Positions 18,679 through 27,355 of a stretch of DNA of 32,579 bases are shown one piece after another. The notes below the pieces were generated by a model. That model saw only the letters and a list, made by a program, of their open reading frames with translations, was not told the origin of the DNA and made no database searches. This DNA is from a bacterium. GTDB lineage: Bacteria; Zhuqueibacterota; Zhuqueibacteria; Oceanimicrobiales; Oceanimicrobiaceae. Positions within the stretch are counted from its first letter, which is position 1, and every line of letters begins with the position of its first letter. Where the stretch lies: assembly GCA_046758365.1 (NCBI GenBank), contig JBHIAC010000023.1, forward strand, positions 1 through 32,579. Reading direction: 5' to 3'. The position numbers and the translations under genes were made by a program.

Positions 18679-21421
18679 CAGTTATTTTATTGGAACCGCT
18701 GCCGCCTTTTTCCTTATTGACTCTTAGGCTGTCTTCTAACTTGATAAAAGATTGCAGGGAAGCTAGTTGTTGTTGAGCTTGCTTGTCTGTTGGATACATT
18801 GCAAGCCACTTTTGCAATATTTCAACCCCCTTATTATATTGCTTAGTTCGAGTATAATGACTCACTAACCACCCATATAGCTGGGGGAACTCAGGTTGTT
18901 CTTCAAGCACAGTAAGCGCTAAAGACTCTGCCTTTGCATCATTTTTTAAAAATTGACTATAATATTCAGCTATGTATAACTTGTCCATTGCGGCTAATTC
19001 TTCCGTCATCACAGCCCTATCCAAACGTTTTTCTAATTCTTCAGGGCGCCCGGCTTCGTAGTACATGCGTCCAAAGTTTAGCGAGAGTCGAAAATCCCTT
19101 AACGGCACAACTTCCTCTGGAAGCACTTCATTCATTTTATCCAACACAGCTAACACTTTCTCGTTAAGGCTTTTATCGGTCCGAGCCTTGGTTTGATAAT
19201 AATTTGTAAGCCTCAAGAAAGCAGAGCGATAATTTTGAAGTAATCCAATGATATTGTTATTAAAATAAACATGTGGATTATTTAAATTTCGGTACTGAAA
19301 TTTCTCAAACAAATTGGTCCACAAATTTTTGTAGGAAATAAAATCTCTATCCCCATAATAAGGCATAACTTTAAAAGCTAAACCATCCATTCGCAGGTAA
19401 TTCTTTAGACCTTTTACACCACGCCGGTTGTCCAATCCAAGCATATTTTCCGGGGATACAGTAACAGCAAAGTAAATGGGTTTTTCGAACTTGTTGGCTG
19501 CCAAAATGTGAACGATCATGCGATCCTGAACTCGAATAACTGGGTAACCTGCAATGTTTTCCGTGTTTTTTAACTCAAATACAATTTCAGGACTTTCAGG
19601 AACCTTATCAATTGATATAGAGGCATTATCCTCTTCTTTCTCAAGATACTCTATAACCTTCTCTCTTGATACCTTAATTTTCACTTTCTTTGGTTCCTGC
19701 CATAAGATTGCCTGAAGTTGGTCAATTTGTGCATCTGTAAAATTGATGGGTACCTTAGGGTCTTGATCCCGAAGCTGTTTTATATACCAATGAGTATTCA
19801 GTAAACTCAAATTAACCACCCGAACATCCTTTCGAATATTGTAAACATACTGCAAAAACCACAAGGGAAACGTGTCATTATCACCATTGGTAAATATAAT
19901 GGCATCGGGTTCGCAGGACTGCAGAATATTATAGGAATAATCAAAAGCCACATAATTTCCAGTTCGGTCATGAGCATGATAATTAAAAGAATACATATTA
20001 TAAGGTACAGCTACAAATAACAAAATAATCGTTAATGCAATTGCTACTTTTCTTAGCAGCATGCTATGTTTAATAGAATCAAAAACCAGTTCCAACAAAG
20101 CGCCGGCGCCAATGCCAATCCAAATAGCAAATGCAAAAAATGACCCGACAAAACCATAATCCCGCTCACGAGGCTGCGGATCTGGCTGATTCAAATAAAT
20201 TGCGATAGCCACTCCCGTCATGATAAATAAGGTTAAAATCGAAAGTGCTTTCTTCCAATCTCGATTAAAATGATAAAACATTCCAATCATTCCAATTAAA
20301 AACGGCAGCCCCATGAGTCCCCGCAAAGAAATAGTCTCCACAATATAATTGTCCGGTCCTAAAGTATTCCCTTTTCCTATAAATTGCCAGCCAAAATATC
20401 GTATGTACATCTTCTTGATCTGATACTCCCATAACGGCGCCCGTCGTTGTGTCAATGGGATGTCACCATACTGCTCTCGATTTAAATAACTCGCAAAACG
20501 TGCTGAATTATCTGGATTATTCTCATCTATTGCAGGGTCCAATCCCGAACGAATGTAAAGAGCCGTATAGGTAGAATATCCAACCACCACCAGCATAAGG
20601 CATAACAACGCCAGACCCAATACCCGTCGATGATTCCTTAAGGCGTAAATAATGCCAACAAAAATGGCAAAAACAAAGACTCCCAAATACATAAAAGAAA
20701 ATTTGTTCAAAATCCAGGGGATGCCTTTGACTATTCCTGGATATACTGCTCCAAAGGCCGCTACTGAAGCTATCGCAAAAAGCGTGAAACTCTTTAAATT
20801 TAACTCCGCTCGCTTAAAATAAATTATTAGAAATACCGTTGGTAATGCCAATACATTCAAAAGATGTACCCCAGTCGCCAATCCCACCAAATAGGCTATT
20901 AATAACAAAATCTTGTCACTAACCACATGTTCAGACTTCTCCAACCAAATCAAAATCAACCATACCACGATCGCGGTAAAAAACATCGATGGTGCATATA
21001 CTTCTGCCTCCACAGCGTTAAACCAAAAGGAATCTGAAAACGCAAAGCCTAAAGCTCCAATCACACCACTGGTATAAAAAATAATTTTCTCTTCAACAGT
21101 CTCAGGTACACCACGCCACTCCCGAATCAAACGAACAATGATCAAATACGTAAACATAACCGTCAATGCACTCAATAGAACCGAAATCACATTCACCCGT
21201 AAGCCGATGTCCCCAAAAATCGGCAGCATCGTAAATACCTTACCTACCAATATAAAGAGTGGCGCACCCGGAGGATGCGGCACCCCCAATATGTACGAAC
21301 AGGTGATAAATTCCCCACAGTCCCAATAAGACGTGGTTGGCGCTACCGTACGACCATAAACTACTAACGAAATCAAAAAAACTAAAAACCCTATAATACG
21401 ATTGATCTGCCTATGATCCAT
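18665..21421 (-). CDS. DUF2723 / TMEM260-like multi-pass GT-C-type glycosyltransferase with C-terminal TPR-like helices
   Basis: WDCGEF, HPPGAP, EAEVYA, RERDY and NGDNDTFPLW motifs; many TM segments. Confidence 0.88.
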   Translation of the reverse strand: MDHRQINRIIGFLVFLISLVVYGRTVAPTTSYWDCGEFITCSYILGVPHPPGAPLFILVGKVFTMLPIFGDIGLRVNVISVLLSALTVMFTYLIIVRLIREWRGVPETVEEKIIFYTSGVIGALGFAFSDSFWFNAVEAEVYAPSMFFTAIVVWLILIWLEKSEHVVSDKILLLIAYLVGLATGVHLLNVLALPTVFLIIYFKRAELNLKSFTLFAIASVAAFGAVYPGIVKGIPWILNKFSFMYLGVFVFAIFVGIIYALRNHRRVLGLALLCLMLVVVGYSTYTALYIRSGLDPAIDENNPDNSARFASYLNREQYGDIPLTQRRAPLWEYQIKKMYIRYFGWQFIGKGNTLGPDNYIVETISLRGLMGLPFLIGMIGMFYHFNRDWKKALSILTLFIMTGVAIAIYLNQPDPQPRERDYGFVGSFFAFAIWIGIGAGALLELVFDSIKHSMLLRKVAIALTIILLFVAVPYNMYSFNYHAHDRTGNYVAFDYSYNILQSCEPDAIIFTNGDNDTFPLWFLQYVYNIRKDVRVVNLSLLNTHWYIKQLRDQDPKVPINFTDAQIDQLQAILWQEPKKVKIKVSREKVIEYLEKEEDNASISIDKVPESPEIVFELKNTENIAGYPVIRVQDRMIVHILAANKFEKPIYFAVTVSPENMLGLDNRRGVKGLKNYLRMDGLAFKVMPYYGDRDFISYKNLWTNLFEKFQYRNLNNPHVYFNNNIIGLLQNYRSAFLRLTNYYQTKARTDKSLNEKVLAVLDKMNEVLPEEVVPLRDFRLSLNFGRMYYEAGRPEELEKRLDRAVMTEELAAMDKLYIAEYYSQFLKNDAKAESLALTVLEEQPEFPQLYGWLVSHYTRTKQYNKGVEILQKWLAMYPTDKQAQQQLASLQSFIKLEDSLRVNKEKGGSGSNKITDEDP

Positions 21422-21509
21422 ATTTAATAAATCCTCCTAATCGTAGTCTCAAAATTAAATTAAGAATGTCGGCCCTTTTTCAACCCCAATTCTATGCTAA
21501 GATACAAAA

Positions 21510-22289
21510 TTATAAAAGCAAATTCAAAGAATTTATCTTGTTGATCTTAAAATACCAACCACTCACTATAAAGGCCGGTAAAATTTGAGCTAATGTATTA
21601 TCAATTTTTGCAATAGTATCTAAAGGAATAAAGGGTAAATAGGTCTCAATAATCGGAGCAAAAACGTAAGCCTTTTTAAATCTAGTAATAACCATTCCAT
21701 TTCTTATTAATGCCTTTCTTAAACTTCGTATTGTAAAGAAATTAACATGCGGTTTTTCGTAATTTAGTGAATAAGGTTCTTTTTTGCCTAATAATCTTTT
21801 TACCGTATTAATTAATGGGCTTAATCCAATCTTACGCATTAAGTATAGGGGTTGTTGACTGATTTCAAAAGGTCCAAAGCCATTAGGAATGGTGATTAAA
21901 AGACTCATATCTTTTTTTGCATGCATGGCAATATATTCAAGGATTGCCTGATAATTATCTATGTGTTCTAGTACTTCAGTTAAGATGATATAATCATAAT
22001 CATTTATATTACAATTTTGAAGATATTCAAACTTGAATTTTACATTCGGTAAAGAATTCTTTTCAACGGCAATATTTAAAGTCGGTTGGTGAATATCAAT
22101 GCCTAATACTTCAGAATTTTCTATTAATCCTAACGGGATAGTAACATTTCCTGTTCCACAACCTATATCAAGTATTTTAACTTTTTTTTCTTTATTGTGG
22201 GTCTCAGAAATTATATTAACTAACCATTTTAATCTTGAAAGATGGCAGGGAAAATGAGTGTAATCAGTATAAGCAAGATAATCTAACAT
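21510..22289 (-). CDS. Class I SAM-dependent methyltransferase
   Basis: LDIGCGTG, GIDI, EVLEH and ITIPN motifs. Confidence 0.88.
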   Translation of the reverse strand: MLDYLAYTDYTHFPCHLSRLKWLVNIISETHNKEKKVKILDIGCGTGNVTIPLGLIENSEVLGIDIHQPTLNIAVEKNSLPNVKFKFEYLQNCNINDYDYIILTEVLEHIDNYQAILEYIAMHAKKDMSLLITIPNGFGPFEISQQPLYLMRKIGLSPLINTVKRLLGKKEPYSLNYEKPHVNFFTIRSLRKALIRNGMVITRFKKAYVFAPIIETYLPFIPLDTIAKIDNTLAQILPAFIVSGWYFKINKINSLNLLL

Positions 22290-22359
22290 GCTCAGAATTT
22301 AATACCTTGTCTTTTTAACTTGAATAATTCAATCGAGCTTTTCATTATCTTGATTTAGT

Positions 22360-22749
22360 CTATTTCTCTGCTGCTTTTTTAGTCTTCTCCTTTTTTGAAG
22401 ATTTACCCTTGGCTTCTTTCTTTTTCTGACTTTTTACTTTTTCCTCCTCAGGCTTTGATTCAGCCTGTTTTTTCTTCTTATCGACTTCATCCACATAGTT
22501 CATCTTTACCTCTCGAATCAGCCGTTCTAATAATCTTTTTTCATTTTCTGACAAATTGCCTTCAGTTTTAGCTTTAACCATATCTAACATATCGATGGAC
22601 ATTCTGGCCTGCTCCAAATTTTGTTCAATTTTATCTGTCAAGGGATTTTTAATTTTCCCTAAGTGCTGCATGACTGCTGAATGAAATGTAAGTACTAACT
22701 GCATGAATAGTACTTCATTTTTCTGTTCTGGTGATAGATTATCTACCAT
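22360..22749 (-). CDS. DUF1844 domain protein with Lys/Glu-rich tail
   Basis: HLGKIKNP, NLEQAR.SIDML...KTEGNL...E pattern. Confidence 0.8.
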   Translation of the reverse strand: MVDNLSPEQKNEVLFMQLVLTFHSAVMQHLGKIKNPLTDKIEQNLEQARMSIDMLDMVKAKTEGNLSENEKRLLERLIREVKMNYVDEVDKKKKQAESKPEEEKVKSQKKKEAKGKSSKKEKTKKAAEK

Positions 22750-22901
22750 TTTCCCTTCTTTGTCCTTCCTAATTAATTATTAACACCGACCTTATTAATC
22801 CTTTACATTTAAAAAGACTTAAGTCAAAATGATTACACGTTCTATTCGGCAACCTCATTGAAGAATAAATACGAATATCGAAATTCGAAACAAATTCAAA
22901 A

Positions 22902-22972
22902 TTTACCCCGTTAGATAACTTTAAATAGAATAGTAACAATTTGTTAGATAATCCTGTATCTAACGGGGTGAA
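22902..22972. repeat. Small MITE-like inverted repeat nested in the downstream arm
   Basis: Perfect 13-bp arms ACCCCGTTAGATA (22905-22917) and TATCTAACGGGGT (22957-22969). Confidence 0.8.
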
Positions 22973-22990
22973 AATATCAAATGTTCAAAA

Positions 22991-23356
22991 CTATTCGCTC
23001 TTTCGTAATATAGAGCCAAATATATTCATGAGGCCCGTCGCCTCTTGAATCAAATCTTTCGGTTCGGCATCCCGTTCAGATTTACCATGAGTATCTATCA
23101 ACCTTAACCAATATCGACTTTCTTTGGCCTCTTTACGACAAATTTTAATTCTCGTGAGGAAGTCTTTCTTACTTAGAGCTTCGTTAGCTTCAATGTAGTT
23201 TGAACCAACGGAACCCGAGGCCTTAATCACTTGCTTTCCGTCTTCAATGTTGGCTATCGTCTTAGGTAATTTCTTCACGAACGCTCTAAGCTTCTTTGCA
23301 AAGGCAAGCGTACGATCCTCTAAATCATATTGTTTTGAATTTTGCATTACGGTCAT
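22991..23356 (-). CDS. Four-helix-bundle protein (23S rRNA IVS protein / Avd-like family)
   Basis: DLEDRT..F, Q..KASGSVGSNYIEA.EA.SKKDF, ICRKEAKES.YWL motifs. Start is probably ATG 23356 or 23347; the ORF-track N-terminus is translated repeat. Confidence 0.9.
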   Translation of the reverse strand: MTVMQNSKQYDLEDRTLAFAKKLRAFVKKLPKTIANIEDGKQVIKASGSVGSNYIEANEALSKKDFLTRIKICRKEAKESRYWLRLIDTHGKSERDAEPKDLIQEATGLMNIFGSILRKSE

Positions 23357-23467
23357 TTGAATTTGTTTCGAATTTCGTATTTCGAATTTCGAACTTGACA
23401 ACCTAGAGAGCTTAGCTGAGTAGAGGATATAATCATTAGATCAAAAAATTAAACATGTTATTAACCA

Positions 23468-25570
23468 CTACCCTATCTGTGCCAATTCAAATTTGTCGCG
23501 ATAATTTTTAAAGAAATGAGCACGAATTGGCAAATTTTCAAAATCCAAAATTTGTTTATCTTTATTGGCCAATTGAAAGGCTTCTTCTCTTGCTTTTAAT
23601 AAGAGTTCGGTGTCTGTAACAATATTTGCGATACGCAATTCAGGTAATCCGTGCTGCTTTGTTCCAAAAAACTCACCTGGCCCCCTGAGTCGTAAATCTA
23701 TTTCAGCAATTTTAAAGCCATCGTGAGTTTTTGTTAATGCACTCATTCTCTTTCTTGCATCTCCCGAAACCGGGGTTTTCGCTATTAAGATACAATATGA
23801 TTGCTTGCCCCCTCTTCCTACTCGCCCTCTGAGTTGATGAAGCTGAGGCAAACCAAATCGTTCGGCATTTTCAATGATCATGATTGTCGCATGGGGAACA
23901 TCTACACCCACTTCAATGACCGTGGTACTGACCAATATTTGAATTTCACCGGATTTAAATGCCGCCATCACCGTTTCTTTTTCATCACTCTTCATACGGC
24001 CGTGCAGCAATCCCACGTTTAATTTGGCGAATATCCCTGTTTTCATCATTTCATAACTCTCAATGGCCGCTTTAAGATCCATTTTCTCGGATTCTTCAAC
24101 CAGTGGAAAAACAATGTAAGCCTGTTCACCTTGGTCAACTTTACTTTTAACAAATCTATAAATCTCTGAACGTTTATTATCGCTTCGCCAAATTGTTTTC
24201 ACAGGTTTTCTACCCGGTGGCAGTTCATCTATAATCGAAACATCTAAATCTCCATAAAGCGTCATGGACAAGGTTCTTGGAATGGGCGTGGCGGTCATCA
24301 CCAAAACATCTGGAGTCAATCCCTTTGCCATCAGTGCCGCTCGCTGTAAGACTCCAAATCGGTGCTGCTCATCCACAATCACCAAGCCTAAGCACTTAAA
24401 TTCAACGCCCTCTTGAATGAGGGCATGGGTTCCAACGACAATATCAGCTTTTCCTTCCTCGATTTGTTCAAGATATTCATTGCGTGTACGCTTTTTTTGT
24501 GCACCAACCAACAGCACCACGTTGACTCCTAACTCTTCTAAGAGTTTGTGGATGGTCAAATAGTGCTGCTCCGCCAATATTTCAGTTGGGGCCATGAGAG
24601 CAGCCTGATAGCCATTCTCCACCGCCATTAACATGGCAATCAAAGCTACGATCGTTTTACCGGATCCCACATCTCCTTGCATAAGCCGATTCATAGGAGA
24701 CTCTTTTTTCATATCATCCCGGATTTCACGAATCACCTTTTTCTGAGCATCCGTTAATTCAAATTGAAGTTTTTCAATTAAATTGCGCGTCCTTTCCCCT
24801 ACTTTTAGAAATTCAATGCCTTTTTGTTTTATTTCGACATTTCTTTTTCGATAAGCCAGCATCAACTCCAGATAAAAGAGTTCGTCAAACTTTAATCTTC
24901 TGCGCGCCGCTAAAAGAGCTTTCTTTTCTTCAGGGAAATGCACATTTTGAATGGCTTCTCTAAGACCCGTCAAATTCTGTCTTTTTAAAATATTGTGCGG
25001 CAGGGTTTCCTGGAGATCTTTAGAGTAGTTTTTCAAGGCTCCTTTAAGTATCTTTCTAAAGCCCCGACTGTCCAATCCAACCTTGCTTAACGCTTCAGTA
25101 GATGGATATAACGGGATAATTCTTCCGGTGTGTAAAAAATCACTCTCGCCTTCATCACTCAATATATCAAAATCCGGGTGCACCATTTGATATTCACCGA
25201 AATATCCCACTTTTCCACTGAAGGCTATGGTAAGGCCTTTCTCAAAGAGCTTATTCCAGTAATCAAGCCTATTAAACCACACACAATTTAAAAATCCTGT
25301 GCCGTCATAAATAACCAAAATAAATCGACTGCGCCGCCCTTTTTTTATGCCGTAAAATTGCACTTTGCCCACTACTGTGGTGGTCATGCCGTTTGCTAAG
25401 TCTTTGATTTTAGTGATACGGCTGCGATCTAAGTAGCGGCGGGGAAAATAGTAAAGAAGATCGAGTACTGCTTCCACCCCAACTTCCTTCAGTCGCTTAG
25501 ATCGTTTTTCTCCAATACCTTTTAAATATTGTACCGAAGTATTTAAGCTATTTGAATTGGACTCGGCCAC
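23468..25570 (-). CDS. recG: ATP-dependent DNA helicase RecG
   Basis: QGDVGSGKT, APTEILAEQH, DEQHRFG, MTATPIPR, QLHQLRGRVGRG and DL.LRGPG motifs. Confidence 0.98.
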   Translation of the reverse strand: MAESNSNSLNTSVQYLKGIGEKRSKRLKEVGVEAVLDLLYYFPRRYLDRSRITKIKDLANGMTTTVVGKVQFYGIKKGRRSRFILVIYDGTGFLNCVWFNRLDYWNKLFEKGLTIAFSGKVGYFGEYQMVHPDFDILSDEGESDFLHTGRIIPLYPSTEALSKVGLDSRGFRKILKGALKNYSKDLQETLPHNILKRQNLTGLREAIQNVHFPEEKKALLAARRRLKFDELFYLELMLAYRKRNVEIKQKGIEFLKVGERTRNLIEKLQFELTDAQKKVIREIRDDMKKESPMNRLMQGDVGSGKTIVALIAMLMAVENGYQAALMAPTEILAEQHYLTIHKLLEELGVNVVLLVGAQKKRTRNEYLEQIEEGKADIVVGTHALIQEGVEFKCLGLVIVDEQHRFGVLQRAALMAKGLTPDVLVMTATPIPRTLSMTLYGDLDVSIIDELPPGRKPVKTIWRSDNKRSEIYRFVKSKVDQGEQAYIVFPLVEESEKMDLKAAIESYEMMKTGIFAKLNVGLLHGRMKSDEKETVMAAFKSGEIQILVSTTVIEVGVDVPHATIMIIENAERFGLPQLHQLRGRVGRGGKQSYCILIAKTPVSGDARKRMSALTKTHDGFKIAEIDLRLRGPGEFFGTKQHGLPELRIANIVTDTELLLKAREEAFQLANKDKQILDFENLPIRAHFFKNYRDKFELAQIG

Positions 25571-25617
25571 ATCTACAGTTAGCAGTTGACAGTTTGCATT
25601 AATATCATGTTATTCAT

Positions 25618-25762
25618 TTAATTCGTGTTTGAACAAAAACTCGACCATCCATGTCATTCCGGCAATCTTTAAACTGGAATCCCATCATTTCAAGCAGGAG
25701 ATTCCCGCTTAAAACATGCGGGCATGACAAGAAAAGGCTGTTTTCGTTTAAACACTAATTAA
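25618..25762. mobile_element. Composite MITE-like element: 23-bp outer TIRs around a GTCATTCC...GGCATGAC double-hairpin repeat
   Basis: Outer TTAATTCGTGTTTGAACAAAAAC / GTTTTCGTTTAAACACTAATTAA (20/23). Inner 25652-25729 TGTCATTCCGGC..GGAATC..GATTCCCGC..GCGGGCATGACA. Confidence 0.7.
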
Positions 25763-25788
25763 CCTTCCAAACTAAGATAAACAAGAAA

Positions 25789-27168
25789 CTATCTATTATA
25801 ACGAACCACATACTCCACCACAACTTCATCACTTTTTGGAATTTTCACTAAAAATTCAATCGTTTGTGCATCTTTTTTAGTATATTCATGCGTGGTACGT
25901 AGAATTTCCCAGTCTAGCTGAAGATGTTCAATAATCGTTACCTCTACCGATTCTTCTTTGTGATTTCGTAATTTGATCTCCCAGGTCTCTTGCCAGGCAT
26001 GTTTACCAATGGACCTCCGATCTTTTTGAGTTCGTTTTCCTACAATGTCAAATGCATCACCTACGTAAACTTTAACTTCTTCATCTTTTGGGGTATGATC
26101 GATAAAGTCCTCTCCAATGAAAACTAAAGACTTATCCTCATCCTCCTTATAAACTCTTACCTTTCCTTTAGGCAATGGTATTCCAAGTCCAAATTCTTTT
26201 TTATTCTCAAATTCTAAATTAATGCGAACTTTTCTTTTATCTCTTGTGCCATCGAAAAAATACTTTTTTGAAACCTTCACTTTCGTGGGTGAAAATAAGG
26301 ATAGCTGCTTAATTTGATTATTTGCCACCGTGGCAGGACGTTGGAGGGTGTAAAGGTGATATTCAAAAAATGCCTTCTCCTCAAATTGGCGCATTGCTGT
26401 GGGTTTGGCTGCCAAAGTTTCGTAATAGGCTTTTGGAATTCGCCTTTCTACGGCTCTATGCACATCTCCAGCCACAAGCTTTAGTTTGGCGTTTTTGTAA
26501 GTTGCCCCCGATTTATTATCAATAGAAACCCAGCCTCCCAGCTCTAAGAACGTGTCGTCTTGATTCGTTACGCCTACATATTCAGCATGCCATTGAATTC
26601 CTGTGGTCAAATACCCTACTTCGGTTTTGTGCTTACCAGCTTGCTTACAATCAATTTTCCACACTAAGGTTGGCCGAGTTATGAGTCCTTCCGGTAGTTT
26701 TGGAAAAGCCATATTAACAACGGTACCCATGTTAACGATTTTTATACCGCCATCAGACTCTCTCAAAATTACATCCTTTCCAGATGCACTGAGCAGCGTA
26801 CCCGTATAGCGAACGCCTTCCTTAGCTTCCAGTTCAATATCTTGATCTACATATTTTTGTAAAATTTTTGAGGTGTTGACAAGGTCGTATTCATAATTCT
26901 GTTCTAGAATCGCAACCTTATCCGGAGCCGTTAGAGAGGCAAAATAAACCGAAGTGGGGTCAATTTGGGAGGCCACATCTTGAAATTTGATCTCCGATAT
27001 CCCTTTTGCCAACTTTAATGTTCTAACATCCTTGACTAAAGCTAAGTTATTATTGTATACAGTAAGGGCAACTTGCTGTTCCTGAGATAACCCTTTTACC
27101 CCCCAACTTAAAAATAAAATTAGACAAATTGCGATTGCTTCAATTTTGTTTTTCATTTTACTAATCAC
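25789..27168 (-). CDS. Exported DUF4139-domain protein
   Basis: Signal-peptide-like N-terminus; LTVYNNNLALVKD, IDPTSV, LEQNYEYDL, YHLYTL and GED.IDHTP. Start may be ATG 27156. Confidence 0.8.
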   Translation of the reverse strand: MISKMKNKIEAIAICLILFLSWGVKGLSQEQQVALTVYNNNLALVKDVRTLKLAKGISEIKFQDVASQIDPTSVYFASLTAPDKVAILEQNYEYDLVNTSKILQKYVDQDIELEAKEGVRYTGTLLSASGKDVILRESDGGIKIVNMGTVVNMAFPKLPEGLITRPTLVWKIDCKQAGKHKTEVGYLTTGIQWHAEYVGVTNQDDTFLELGGWVSIDNKSGATYKNAKLKLVAGDVHRAVERRIPKAYYETLAAKPTAMRQFEEKAFFEYHLYTLQRPATVANNQIKQLSLFSPTKVKVSKKYFFDGTRDKRKVRINLEFENKKEFGLGIPLPKGKVRVYKEDEDKSLVFIGEDFIDHTPKDEEVKVYVGDAFDIVGKRTQKDRRSIGKHAWQETWEIKLRNHKEESVEVTIIEHLQLDWEILRTTHEYTKKDAQTIEFLVKIPKSDEVVVEYVVRYNR

Positions 27169-27195
27169 GACAATTTAGACAATCATGAACAATCC

Positions 27196-27339
27196 TCTAA
27201 CCGCAAAGAACCCAAAGAAGGCGCAAAGACCGCTCGGGATTTCAGCAACGTCTTTCATAATTTTTCTTAAAAGAGCATTTTCTTTAGCTTTTTCTCTTTT
27301 TAGCGTCCTTGCGACTATCCTGCGTGCTTTACGGCTAGA
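27196..27339. repeat. Degenerate inverted repeat built from CGCAAAG-like units
   Basis: TCTAACCGCAAAGAACCCAAAGAAGGCGCAAAGACCGCT against the reverse complement of 27302-27339 (TCTAGCCGTAAAGCACGCAGGATAGTCGCAAGGACGCT). Confidence 0.6.
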
Positions 27340-27355
27340 TTACTTATCTTAAAGA

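Larger units (their letters stand above)
22868..23393. mobile_element. Inverted-repeat-bounded four-helix-bundle element
   Basis: Perfect 22-bp IR CGAAATTCGAAACAAATTCAAA (22879-22900 / 23356-23377), extending imperfectly with 7-nt periodicity. Confidence 0.7.

Noticed and set aside
5466..23356. Diversity-generating retroelement (FGE/C-lectin-fold domain plus Avd-like gene)
   Set aside because: No reverse transcriptase, and no template/variable repeat pair differing at adenines was seen. The FGE domain is internal and the two genes are about 15 kb apart.
23357..23401. N-terminal extension MSSSKFEIRNSKQIQ of the four-helix ORF
   Set aside because: It is the translated heptamer repeat arm; family similarity begins downstream.
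23395..23433. Plus-strand promoter TTGACA...TATAAT
   Set aside because: The spacer is 27 nt and it would point antisense into recG.
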